Both the position numbers and the translations under genes were made by a program. From the NCBI GenBank assembly GCA_035221665.1, contig CM069163.1:23870001-23934000 (forward strand): DNA of 64,000 bases. The letters are read 5' to 3'. The notes below the pieces were generated by a model. The model had not been told where the DNA came from. It was given only the letters and a program-made list of their open reading frames with translations, and searched no databases. This DNA comes from Okamejei kenojei. Taxonomy: Eukaryota. This document shows, piece after piece, positions 1 through 25,100 of the stretch. Every line of letters starts with the position of its first letter. Positions within the stretch are counted from its first letter, which is position 1.

Positions 1-502
1 GAGGAGTTGTACTTTTTAACTAGGGAGAACATCACACCGGTATTTAGAGAACATATTGCTGGTATCATTTGGCAAGGCTATTTGGGTGAAATTTAGAAAT
101 AAGAAGAGGGTGGTTATTTTGATGGTATTGTACTCTAGGCCCTGCAATAGTTAGAGGAGAAAATATGCAGGGCGATCACAGATACACGCAAGAACAATAA
201 GGTTATAATAGGAAAGGATTTAAACTTTCCTAATATTGATTGGGACAGTCAAAGACATCGCAGGATAGGAGAGTGAAAAACTGGAGGACAGGTTTAAGGT
301 GAGAGGGGAGAGATGTAGAAGGGACCAGTGGTACAACTTTACATACCAAGGGTAGTTTGTACGGAATGAGCTGCTAGAGGAAGTGGAAGAGCTGGTAACA
401 ATTATGATATTTTTAAAAAACTGAGACATGGATGGATAAGAAAGATTAGGAGGTGCATGGGTCAGACGCAGACAAATGGGACTAACTTGCATACGCAACT
501 TG

Positions 503-688
503 TTTTAGAAGGAACTGCAGATGCTGGAAAACCGAAGGTAGACAAAAATGCTGGAGAAACTCAGCGGGTGGGGCAGCATCTATGAAGTGAAGGTAATAGG
601 CAACCTTTCGGGTCGAAGCGTTGCCTATTTCCTTCGCACCATAGATGCTGCCTCGCCCGCTGAGTTTCTCCAGCATTTTTGTCTACCT
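503..688. mobile_element. Penelope-end-derived fold-back (palindromic) element
   Basis: Arms AGGTAGACAAAAATGCTGGAGAAACTCAGCGGG and its reverse complement span 536-688; imperfect 15-bp direct repeats at 488-502 and 688-702. Confidence 0.75.
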
Positions 689-1797
689 GCATCAGCAACT
701 TGGTCAGCATGGCCTGTTTCCATGCTGTATAGCTCTATGACTTTATAATGAGGGGAATGTCTGGGAAATAAAACAATGGCCATTTATATGATATCCTTAG
801 AGTAACACAAGGAGTATTATCAAAGAAACAATTGCACTAAGCTACATTCCCAAGACATTGTATCTAAAAATTGCGAACAATTGTTTTTCTAGGTCAGTTT
901 AACAAGACAGCCATTGCAAGTTGAAAATCATTTTAATGACCAAAGGACAACTAATTAGAATCAAGGACTGTAGCACCATATCTAAAGTAGTTGTTGACCT
1001 GACATGTTATGCGTACATCAGCTCTGAAATCCTGTCAGGACCAGAAATACTGGATATGGGGAGGATATTTCCCTTGACTAAGATCAAGGATGAGCATTCT
1101 CAGTCTTGGGTGATAGGGAGTGAAATAAGGGTGTTTCTTCACTTTGGTGAACCTGTGGAATTCTCTTCCACTGAGGCTATAAAGGCCAAGTCACTGCATG
1201 TTTTAAAGAAGTAGATATATTTCTAGACATTTGGGGAAGAGAGCGGGATAATAGATGATAGATGATCAACTATCATGTTGATTGGCATGCAAGCTTGTGG
1301 AGCCATACGGTGTATTTTCTCCAATTCCATTAAAATCCAATCTCTCTACCCCCTCCTCCTCCTTTAATTAGCTGGTAAACACTTCTATCTGTCCTAATAT
1401 ACCTTTATATGGATCATTGTTAGGTTCTGTGTACTTGTGAAGTATATTAGAACATAAGACAAGGGAGAAATGGTCCCTCACGCTACTCAATGAGATCATT
1501 GTTGATCTACATCAACTCCATATCCCCCGATTCCCTTGGTATTCAAACATCTGTCAATCTAGTCTTGAATTGTAGTCTGCAACTGATAACCCTCATGACT
1601 TGGGTTTGAACATTGCAAAGCATCACACCAATTTGAAGATGTTTCTCTTCATCTCATTCCTGGGTGACATACATCATCTGATTGTGAACTCCGGCTCAAA
1701 GCATTTCAGACTGGGTACATAGCCTCTCATTATCCTTTTCCCGAAATGCTTACTCCAATAAATATAATTGTTATGAGAATATAGGCCCATACAGCAC

Positions 1798-1919
1798 CTT
1801 CAGTTGATGGTGGATCTGCTTTCTCATCTCTTCCCTTTTCGTTGTTGATCGACTTTTAATCTTGACAAATTCCTTAAAGGAAAAAGGGTTTGATTCTTCA
1901 TCATTCTTTTCCTTTTCAC
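1798..1919 (-). CDS. ENTR1: ENTR1 coding exon 2
   Basis: ccacttccag acceptor; encodes EESNPFSFKEFVK; donor GTGCTG is weak, so the 3' boundary is less certain. Confidence 0.75.
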
Positions 1920-3852
1920 CTGGAAGTGGTAGAAAATTAAATGATACAGTTGGATAAATGTATGGCAACATTTTGCTGTATTCACTGGTCTTGATTAGGG
2001 CATTTCCAAATTGATAAATTTGTTTTTCATGGCTCTAGGTTAGGGAGGGGGATATATAATCAGCCAGTGTTCTTGTACTGGTGGTTTATACTAGGAAACA
2101 CCCGGTGGAGATTGAAAGGTTTATTAGTGTGATACTCTGGAATAGGTGAAAGGACACAATGTGCTGGACTAACTCAGTAGGTCACACAGCATCTTTGGAG
2201 AACAAGGATCAGTAACTTTTCGGGTGCTCCACAATGGAATAGATAGATGGGTTGCCTTGCGAGAAGAATATGGGCAGGCTAAGGGTGTTTTCACTAGAAT
2301 TCAGAAAAGTAGAGACTTGATTGAAGTGTACACAATGCTGAAGGGCATTGACAGGATGTTTATAACTGGAGTCACTGTTTAAAACCAAGGGGTCACTATT
2401 TCAAGATAAAGACAAGGCAATCCTAATTTTGCTATTCCCATTTTTTAAATCTCTTCCTCAAAGGTAGATAGATGGAATGCCTGACCAGCTGAGTTACTCT
2501 GCAGTTTGTGTCATTTGTAACTATTGTGCGGCAATGCTGAGAACTACATTCTGTACTCTGGTATCCATACCTTCGCTCTACCTGCAAAAACAAGGAACTG
2601 CAGGTGTCTGTTTACAGAAAAAGAAACAATGTGCTTGAGTAACTCAGCTGGTCAGGCTGCATCTCTGGGGAACATGCACAGGTAACATGTCAGATCGTGT
2701 CCAGCCTGAAATGTCACCTATCCATGTTCTCCAGAGATGCTGCTCTGTCCTTCACTCAACCTATTGTACTTGAATTTGCCTTGATTGTATTTATACATAG
2801 CATTATCTGAATTGAATGGATAGCATGTAAAATAATACTTTTCACTGTACCTCGGTACACGTGACAATAATAAACCTAAACTAAAGATTCTAGGCAAGTA
2901 TGGGGCGGGTGGTAAGGGTTAGGATAGGCAGTCAGGAATGCAGAGACAGATTTGTAATCAGAGCAGTCTCTATTTTTGCTTGTGTTTACCGCCCATCCCT
3001 ACAAAAGACTGAAGCTCCCAGAGACACGGACAACAGTTCGATGCCTCCAATTCCACCACAACTCAAATTGGAGGGGGGAGGGGGATCAACTCAAAATGCT
3101 GGAGAAACTCAGCAGGTCAAGTTGCATCTCTGGAGAGAAAGAATGGGTGACATTTCGGGTCGAGATGCTTGTTCAGACTGAGAGTCATGGGAGAGGGAGA
3201 CTGCCTGACCCGCTGAGTTACCCCAGCGTTTTGTCTCTGTCTACAATGGTTCATTGTTAGCTGAGTGGGGGGGGGGGGGACCTCACTTGCAAATGAGACC
3301 AGACCCGGAACCACCTTCTAGTGTTTAAGAAGGAACTGCAGATGCTGGAAAATCGAAGGTAGACAAAAAATGCTGGAGAAACTCAGCGGGCGCAGCAGCA
3401 TCGATGGAGCGAAGGGAAATAGGTAACGTTTCGGGCCAAAACCCCTTGGGTTTCTGCCCGAAATGTTGCCTATTTCCCAAGGGGTTCGGCCCGAAACGTT
3501 GCCTATTCCCTTCGTTCCATCGATGCTGCCGAGTTTCTCCAGCACCCCCTTCTACATTGTTAGCCAAGGGCGAGGAGGCACACAATCAGTAAAACTCCGC
3601 CTGCGTGGTAGAAATCGCATCTTCTCCCACTTTGTCATCGTGTGCATGGAGATCTCCCGCAGTCACAATGCCCGCTGCCCAATGCCCGCTGCCCACCGAC
3701 CACTGCCCGCCGCCCACTGCCCGCCGTCCACCGCCCACCGCCCAATGCCCGCCGCCCAATGCCCAATGCCCACCGCCCAATGCCCACTGCCCGCCGCCCG
3801 CCGCCCGCCGCCCGCCGCCCGCCGCCTCACCTCGCTCTCCCCGGGAGCTCAT
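1798..3852 (-). CDS. ENTR1: Endosome-associated trafficking regulator 1 (SDCCAG3), 5' part; join(3831..3852,1798..1919); rest lies left of the window
   Basis: MSSRGER-G/EKEKNDEESNPFSFKEFVKIKS; NPFSFxEF matches ENTR1 (human EEANPFSFREFLK); phase-1 GTGAGG donor fits phase-1 acceptor; head-to-head with PMPCA. Confidence 0.8.
3321..3543. mobile_element. Penelope-end-derived fold-back element with internal duplication
   Basis: Same arms; flanked by ACCACCTTCTA / ACCCCCTTCTA. Confidence 0.7.
3667..3826. repeat. GC-rich degenerate ~7-bp tandem repeat (CCAATGC/CCGCCGC) at the start of ENTR1 intron 1
   Basis: Directly visible periodicity. Confidence 0.85.
3831..3852 (-). CDS. ENTR1: ENTR1 coding exon 1
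   Basis: ATG in GAGGATGA context inside CpG island, then G|GTGAGG donor. Confidence 0.65.
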
Positions 3853-3981
3853 CCTCCCGGCCTGGGCCCGGTCGCCAGGCGGTTGTCAAGGGGCGCCTAA
3901 CCCCTGACCCCGGAACATCCCCCTCAGGGGTGGGGGGGGGGGGCGGAAGGTCAAGCGGCCGGAAGTCCACAGGTTATCAAG

Positions 3982-3989
<8 letters not shown>
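3853..3989. promoter_or_regulatory. Bidirectional CpG-island promoter shared by ENTR1 and PMPCA
   Basis: 129 bp between divergent ATGs; ETS/GABP-type CCGGAAGT 3959-3966, GCGGAAG 3943-3949, CCGGAA 3910-3915; YY1-type AAGATGGCGGC 3979-3989 overlapping the PMPCA ATG. Confidence 0.8.
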
Positions 3990-16910
<12,921 letters not shown>

Positions 16911-17955
16911 GCAGCTCCCAATTTCTGACTGAACAGAGAAGCTATTTGTGTACTCCAGGTTTCTGGTAGTAATTTATCTGTGAGCTGCTTCTGTTGAGCG
17001 AGGAGTGACTGTTTGTAAATAGAGGGGAAATGGGCTTTGTTATGTGATCTGATTGATTTTATATTAAGGGAGCTGAAAATCCATTTTAAAATAACAGCTG
17101 TGATTACTTTGTTCTGCGATGCTGCTAGTTCGTCTACTCCTGGACTGTGGTCATTCTATCACTGCACAACAGATGTCAAGTCCTGCAATATCAGTCTTTG
17201 ACCTTCTGATGCAAGGCGCATTTGGCTTGATCTTTATTCCCTTTCTGGGTTTCTGCTCCAGGTCAGGGAAAAGTACATAGAAAGCTGGAAAACCACTTAC
17301 CCATGCCTCCCACTGCATGCTCTGCCCTTTCTCCCACGTACTCCATAATCCCCACTCCACCTCTGGCTGCTTGCTACATACTAGTGTTTCTCTCCCGTAT
17401 CAGCTTCCTCCCACCTCTGGTTGATCTATTCCTCTCGGCACCAGAGGCAAGACAATGGGATCTGGGGCTTGCCCATGTTGCTGGTTGGAGAACTTGAGCC
17501 TAGTTCCGCACATGGGCAAGGTCTAGGCAACTGACGGAAACAAGAATCAATGACAGGTGCTGCGACAGAACCACTTGTTTTTGATGTGGTAAGATCAACG
17601 GTTGTTCAATCCTCCTGGAACCAGCAACCGAGCTGAGTATTCTTAAAACACTTTCAAAGACAGTCAGCAAAATTAGGTCAATGAGGTTAAACTACAAATT
17701 TAAGTGTTACAGAATTCAAGTGTGTTTGTGAGGATTGAGATTGCCATTCAGTGGTTCTCTGATGCTTTCCGATGGGAGGATTCAAGCTCATCTACTTCAG
17801 TGGTGGAGGACAGGCTGCATTGAGTAGCCTCCATTTGTGTCTCCTCTACTCTGTCCCGGCTGGTGTCTTGCTGCTGGGTGACCACTGAGCACAGTCCAGT
17901 CCCAAGGTTGCATTACACGGTTGTTCATGCTTACAAACACACCCAGTGAAGCTCA

Positions 17956-18045
17956 AAGGAAGACAAAAGTGCTGGAGAAACTCAGTGGGTTTCTCCAGCA
18001 CTTTTGCCTACCTTTGATTTTCCAGCATCTGCGGTTCCTTCTTAA
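17956..18045. mobile_element. Short Penelope-end fold-back element between the PMPCA and INPP5E stop codons
   Basis: Perfect 15-bp TSD ACCCAGTGAAGCTCA at 17941-17955 and 18046-18060. Confidence 0.85.
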
Positions 18046-19049
18046 ACCCAGTGAAGCTCATTCTTGTCCTGTGTAAGTCTGTAGAGTCCCAGTTCTCCTC
18101 TGCTATTAACTCAAGAAAGAATTTGGCCACACACTAATGACGTTTGAATTGCAACTCTTGGAACCACTGGTTAATAGAACCAAGAGGTGTCAAAGCAGTG
18201 TATCCTCCAGTAAAAACATGTGCTCAGTGACCACTCTAACAAGAAGCTGGCAGAGTGATGCTCAGAACACACATGTAATGATATTGTTTAATAATCCTCC
18301 TAAATTAAAAATGGTCTAAAATACCAGTCGGTTGTAGTCTTGTGTTCACTAATTTCTTTGGTGCCAGCTTTCCAGTAAAATAACCAAGGTGTCATTTAAA
18401 TTCAAGGCATCTCAGCAAGATTACAAAGGAATGAATCCTGGAAGATCTGCATTAGCGCGGTTAGTATTAGGCATTTTTGTTCTTGCTTCAGTTGGACCTT
18501 TGTTGGTGACTGGCTGCATTTGTTATGCATGAACTCAGGATATTGAGATTATATCACCTACATTGTATTCTCCTGCATGTATAAGGTTTGTGTTTAAATG
18601 GCCAGTTAGAATACCATGCACACGTGTCTGCCTGGGTAGCCCAGAGTCGAGCAAGGCTTCAACAGGGAGAAACCTGGAAATAACATTTTAAACAACTTTT
18701 CAAGCTCCCACATTTAGTTCATAAAAATCTGGTGTATATCAAACATTGTCAATGTGTTGCAAATACAAAAAGCCATAAAATATAAAACAAAGGTTATAAT
18801 CATGGACTGATCTATGCACCGCTACCACATTACTGGGTTGCATGGGTTCCCTTGCTGTTCTTCATCCTTCGACATTGTACCTGAAGGCAGCAGCTCTGTG
18901 ACTGTAGCAAGGGCTTCCATCCTGTGCAAGGTCAGCCCTGTGCTCTGCACCCTTTGCAACGGTGCTGCACTGTTGAGGCGTCTCTCTGTTGCATTGCTAC
19001 AGATTGTGCAGATTAAGGAAGGCTCCTGTTCTCGGTCCTGTTGGTTGTG

Positions 19050-19179
19050 TCAGGAGACACTGCAGATTGTGCTGTTCTTCTGGTTCAATGAACTACATTG
19101 ACTCGCATTCCTGGGGAACCGTCTCTTTATTCCCTCGATGTAGATGTCTCTGTCAAACTGACCGGCGCACAATGGGATG
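19050..19179 (-). CDS. INPP5E: INPP5E coding exon 10 (stop)
   Basis: [20 protein letters not shown]...NSTICSVS*. Confidence 0.95.
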
Positions 19180-22100
19180 CTGAAGGAGCAAAGCAGACAA
19201 GTTTAATGCACTATAAAATATTCTGCTGCACATTCCCTAATATCCAATTTAGCTTAATACAGAACCAGTGCAAGTTCATTATTTTTGCCCCCATTTTGGA
19301 TAGTTTCACATGATAGTCCTTAGACTCTCTATGGTTATCAAGGACTCGGTAAGGAAAGATGTGTAGACGTTGAACAGAAAAGAGAGCTGTCCTACAGGAC
19401 CAGAAAAACATTTAGCATGGCAGGGGAGCAGAAATAAAAACAACATCTCACTTGTCTTTTCCGGGTCGAATCTTTACTTGATAGAAGCAGTAGACAGGTC
19501 TGTGGTCCGAGGTTTTGATAGAGCTGCAGGAGCCATACTTAACCACAAGAATGTCATCTTTATGCCGATTCTTGTAAATGATTCTGTCCTGGAAGATGAG
19601 GGGAATAAGTTGCCTTTTGTATTGATATGAAATCAAGACTCCAATGGAAGGTGGACTGGAGATCCTTCCCTCACCCCACCCACTGCTTGTTGTGTGTGCA
19701 TGTTACAGCTACATTACAACTCTGACCGAGATTCAAAGGGACACTTTTGCTGTGAAACACAGTCCTTTCAGTTCTAGAGTTCAGCCTTTAGAAGACTTAT
19801 CTAAACATCTGCAATTCCCTCACAAACCCAAATGTTCACAAGTTCTACGGGCAGAATTAGGCCATTCGGCCTATCAACGCCATTCAATCATGGCTGATCT
19901 ATCTGTCCCTCTCAATCCTATTCTCCTGCCTTCTCCCCTTAACCTCTGACACCTTTTGAATGTTCTTGTTTTCAAACTTAGGTAGAGTTCCATTTAAAAA
20001 AAACTACCATCCTTTCAGACCTCTAATGGATGATCATAACAGCTGCATTAAAAATGTCTTATCCTCCCTCTGGTTCATTTAATACAACTTTTAAACATGC
20101 CTCTTCTGGTTATTAACTATCCTCCCCAGTGGGAAGTATTCCTCATTTTATCCAAGCTTAAACTACTGACTTATGAGAACCTCAGATGGATTACCTTTTA
20201 ATTGTTTTCTGCTTCAAGAACTATTTTAGCTTTGTGCAGGGGCTCAGCTAATCAGAAGAATAAACAAGCGGGAAGACAGGTTAAAGAAGGGACAGCCACA
20301 GCCAGAGATTCTCACAGAAATAAAACAAACTCCTTCCATTGATTCCTTACCGTATAAGAGGGAGTCCTTTTCTTGGAACTACTATCGTATATATCACATC
20401 CAACGTCAAATTTGTAGGTAGGTGGAAAACATATTTCAGCTTCTTTGAAGCCTTTGAAAACAGACCCTGAGGAATAAGGAAAGATCAGGTCAGTGAGCTT
20501 TAATGATGTTATCACCTTGGTACATAGGATGTGGACTGAAAAGTGCTGCTGTCACATAATCTGCGAGCACATTGCCTCTCTGCGTACACCACAGACGGGC
20601 GAGATTCCAGTTGCTAATTGCTCTGGAATGTATACTATGGTGAATTAGTGCCCATGAAACATATCCCACTGAGAGTTTGTGCACAGGAAACAAGTACACT
20701 TGGAGAGTCAGTGAGTGCCCTGTCACCTGCACCCCATCCGGTGTAGATGCCTTAGAATCTACAGCCTAGATGGGCCCTCACCCTGCTGCCCACCCCAAGT
20801 TGATGGAAGGTTCACAATTCATCCTACCCTCCTGTAGTTTCCTGGTCAACTCGTCATAATGTAAAATAGAGCAGAGGTTGTCCTGGTTGCTGTCCAGGAG
20901 CTCGTCGATCACTGCTCGCTTCACATCCAGCCGAAAGTTGAAGTCACCAAACCAGAAAACGTTGTCAAACCGAGAGGTCACATCATCTAGAGGAATGGGG
21001 AAATAAAAAAGAGAAAATACTTTACTCCTAGTTATATCAAATTGTGAAACCGTGTCGCAGACTATGTCAGCCTGGTTCAGTGGCAGAACACCAGGTGAAT
21101 GACAGAAGTTCACTTCTGTACACTGCAACGCTCACAGGGCCTTGTTATTAATCTATCAAGCTGGGGGCTCTGGCGGGAAGCTTCAAGGACATGGAGGGCT
21201 TTAGATGTGAGGGGTGGACTGAGAACGTAGGTCTTTTAGTTACAAAGTAACTTTCACATTGAAGCTTTTTATCTTCACTGGATAATGAGCTCATTGTTTA
21301 CGGTCATACATGATAGGAGCAGAATTAGGCCATTCGGCCCTTCAAGTCTACTCCACCATTCAATCATGGCTGATCTATCTCTCCCTCCTAACCCCATTCT
21401 CCTGCCTTCTACCCATAATCTCTTTACACCTGTACTAATCAAGAATCTATCTCTCTGCCTTCAAAATATCCATTGACTTGGCCTCCACAGCCTTTTGTGG
21501 CAATGAATTCCAGATTCACCACCCTCTGATGAAAGACATTCCTCCTCATCTCCTTCCTAAAGGAACGTCCTCGTAGGAGTCAGGCCCTGTGGCCCAACTA
21601 CCATTAAGCACTAGAAAAATGGAATGTGCTGGCAGAACTCAGCAGATCAGGCAGCATCTGTAGAAGAAATGGACAGGTGCCATTTTGGGGACCTCCGATC
21701 AGTCTGCTGAAACACATATCCATTCCCTCCACAGATGCTGCCTGACCCGAGTTCCTCCAGCACTTTGTGTTTTGCTGAAGATTCCACATCTGCAGTTCTT
21801 TTAATATCAATTTATAACTGAGTTTACTCTAATCCCATTTTGTTCTCCCCACATTTCTATCGATTCTCCTCCAGACTTGGCACTCACCTAAATATTACAG
21901 GCGATTTATAGTGAGTGATCAATTAACTTCCCAATCTGCACATTTTTGAGATGTGGATGGAAACTAGAACACCCAGAGGAAACAACTTTCAAACTCCATG
22001 TAGACAGCACTGTAGGTCAGGATTGAACCCAGATCACCAAGTTTTGAAGCAGGAGCACTACTAACTCCGCTGTTATGCCACCCCATTGTTCTATATAACA

Positions 22101-25100
22101 TCTCCCACCAGATAACACCAGAACTGAGAGAGTATATACGTCAAGGAGGGCTCGACACAAAACGTCACCCATTCCTTCTCTCCAGAGATGCTGCGTGTCT
22201 TGCTGAGTTACTCCAGCATTTTGTGTCTACCTTTGATTTAAACCAGCATCTGCAGTTCTTTCCTACACAAGAAAGGTTAAATATTCTGCAGTGATCCAAT
22301 CAACATTTTCCCCCCCCAATCATGATGGAGCAATATGTCAGTCATGATAAACAAGTTTTTTTAATCAATGGCGGTCATAAATACAAGATAGGCATGAATA
22401 TAACAAGCAGGGATCTCAGGAGAAACTTCTATCTGATAATGAATGTGGGACTTCTTACCAATTGAAATAGTTGAAACAAAAAAAAAATCTATTAAGGGGT
22501 ACCTGGAAAATATAAGTTTGAGTTTAGTTTATTGTCACAGGTACAGTGAAAAGATTTTCTTGCGTGCTAACCAGTCAGCGGAAAGACAATGCACGATTAC
22601 AATAGAGCCATTGAATAACATTTAGTGTAAGATAACGGCAGTAAAGTCTCATCAAAGACAGTACAAAGGTTTCCAATGAGGTAGACAGTAGTTCAGAACT
22701 GCTCTCTAGTTGTGGTAGGATGGTTCAGTTGCCTGATAACAGCTGGGAAGAAACTGTCTCTAAATCTGGAATAAGTGGATTATGTTGCTGAAAGGGTGAG
22801 GAGAAGAGTGGGAGAAGGCCATAATTATTTTTGTTGGTTCGTGTGGTCGGTTTTGACACTATTTTGTACGTAAGGCCCAGCTGGCTTTATTGCTGCACTC
22901 TGCAAATTGCACATTCTTTAAAATACCATTACTCACTTGGGTTAGATCTGTACTTATTGGTGTTGGGAATGATCCTTGGCAGTCCAAGAGATTCTATTGT
23001 TTTAGTGTAGTCCAGCGTCCGCTCAAAAACCTTCCCTGGCCCAGCTGAGGGAATAGAGAGATAAATTAAAATGAGTGTATGATACAATTTACTGATACTT
23101 CCCCAGAACATCACCAAATCATACTTCACTTGCACCGTGTCACTGTCCCCTTGATTCAGAATACAGCAGCACTTTTAAAATGTCAAATAGGTTTAAAGCA
23201 GTGAAAATTGAATAACCATTGGGTAGCAACTTTACCCAAGAAGATTTTGAGATTTTTAGGCATGTGGGATCAAAATCTAGGCAAATGCCCACATAGTGGG
23301 CGCTCTGGATAGTCAGAGCTGTTGTCTTTTGGATGCTTTATTAAACAGACCAATGCAATCTGGGAAAATCAGTCCAAATTAATTGAATTCAAATGGGCAC
23401 AGTACTGAGCATACCTAAAACGGAGGTGCCAACCCAGTGATACAACATGCTACAAAAACAGCAGTCATAGACAGCAGATTACCTCAAAACCAACATAACA
23501 GATTGTAACGCTGGCACACAGTTGTGAAAGGTGATGGTCCATTAAATAGCTAAACAGACAGTTCCAAGATGATCTTCATCCTCGACATGCGAATGCTAAA
23601 GACCAGGCTGGAGTATTAGCAAACGTGTTCAGTAGGAAGTGCCAAGTGGCTGAATCTGCTCATCATATGACGAGAGAATATGGACAGGAAAGGTTGAGGG
23701 ATATGGGCCAAACATGAGCAAATAGGACTAGTTTAGATGAGACATCTAGGTCAACATGGACGAGGTAGTCCAAAGGGCCCGTTCCCGTGCTGTCTGACAA
23801 TGACTGATCCATGATCTAGAGTGCATCTTCCTATATCAGCAACTGATTCTGCAAAACTTACAGGTGAAATGAGAAGTAATGAAGAGGAAGGATGTCCCAA
23901 AAAAAGTGAATGAGATCCCCACAGCTCCTTTCGTCTTGACCTGGGAGATGATGCGAGTTGTCACAGATGCTTGTTCCACCTCTGAGGGAAGAACAAATAA
24001 GACACATAATGTAACCTTCAAAAACTGATGATCCAGATATTCCAGCCCGCACAGAATCAACCAGATCAGTTCTTAAATATCGGGTTGTCCCAACCTGCAC
24101 AAGCAAAACAGCTTGACACCCGAGAATCTACACTGTGTCTAACCCAAACTTTACCTCTCTTAGGAATGATCGATCGATTAAGAGGAGTGAGTTCTACTCT
24201 GTACATAACTGGTGCTATAGCTGATCTGAGTGTCTGAATTACTCAAGCTTCTGGGCCTGGAGGTCTGTTTCAAGGTCAGAATAGAATATGAACGACAGTA
24301 TTTCATGACATTTCTGAATGTTTGACACGTTGATATATAAAGGCACACATGCAGTGATGTTAAACTGTACAATGCTTGTCTCGCGTCATGTGCAACATTC
24401 CACTGCACAGACAAGGCCTATCCCATCACTGAAGCAAGTCTCAGCTTGAGAGTTAAAGTCTGCTTCAACTTAAAGGAGTTGACTCTATGTGGGCCATTTT
24501 CATTTCCCACTGCCCCCAACCCTAGCTGCTGAAGTCCTCTGATGTCCCATCATCTGCCCAACCTATGCTCCCTTACCCGACCAAACAATTAATGATCTGT
24601 CTGATCATTCCACCAATCCTCCCACCCCAGGCCAAATTCTCTCCCTCATCTCCCACCCTGCACAATCCTTTTCAAGAGAGAGATTTAGCTCTTAGGGCTG
24701 AAGGAATCAAGGGATATGGGGAAAAAGCAGGAACGGAGTACTGATTTTAGATGATCAGCTATGATCATATTGAATGGTGGTGCTGGCTCGAAGGGCTGAA
24801 TGGCCTACTCCTGCAGCTATGTTCCCCTGACCTACACCATGCAATCCACCAGAATGGGGTAAACAGAGTGAAATAGATTTAATTCTTCAGGTCAAAGACC
24901 TTTCATCTGATTTTGTTTCTGCACAATCTGCTGAGTATCGTCAGCTTTTTCACATTTAATTCAGATTTTCAGAATTTCTTATTTAATTCAGACCGGCATG
25001 GTGACACAGCGGTAGAGTTGCTGCCTTACAGCGCCGGAGTCCTGGGTTTGATCCCGACTACGGGTGTTGTCTGCACGGAGTTTGTATTTTCTCCCCATGA

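Noticed and set aside
482-748. Mirror-image MLEKLSG... ORFs on both strands
   Set aside because: Artefact of the palindromic Penelope-end element; it recurs at every copy.
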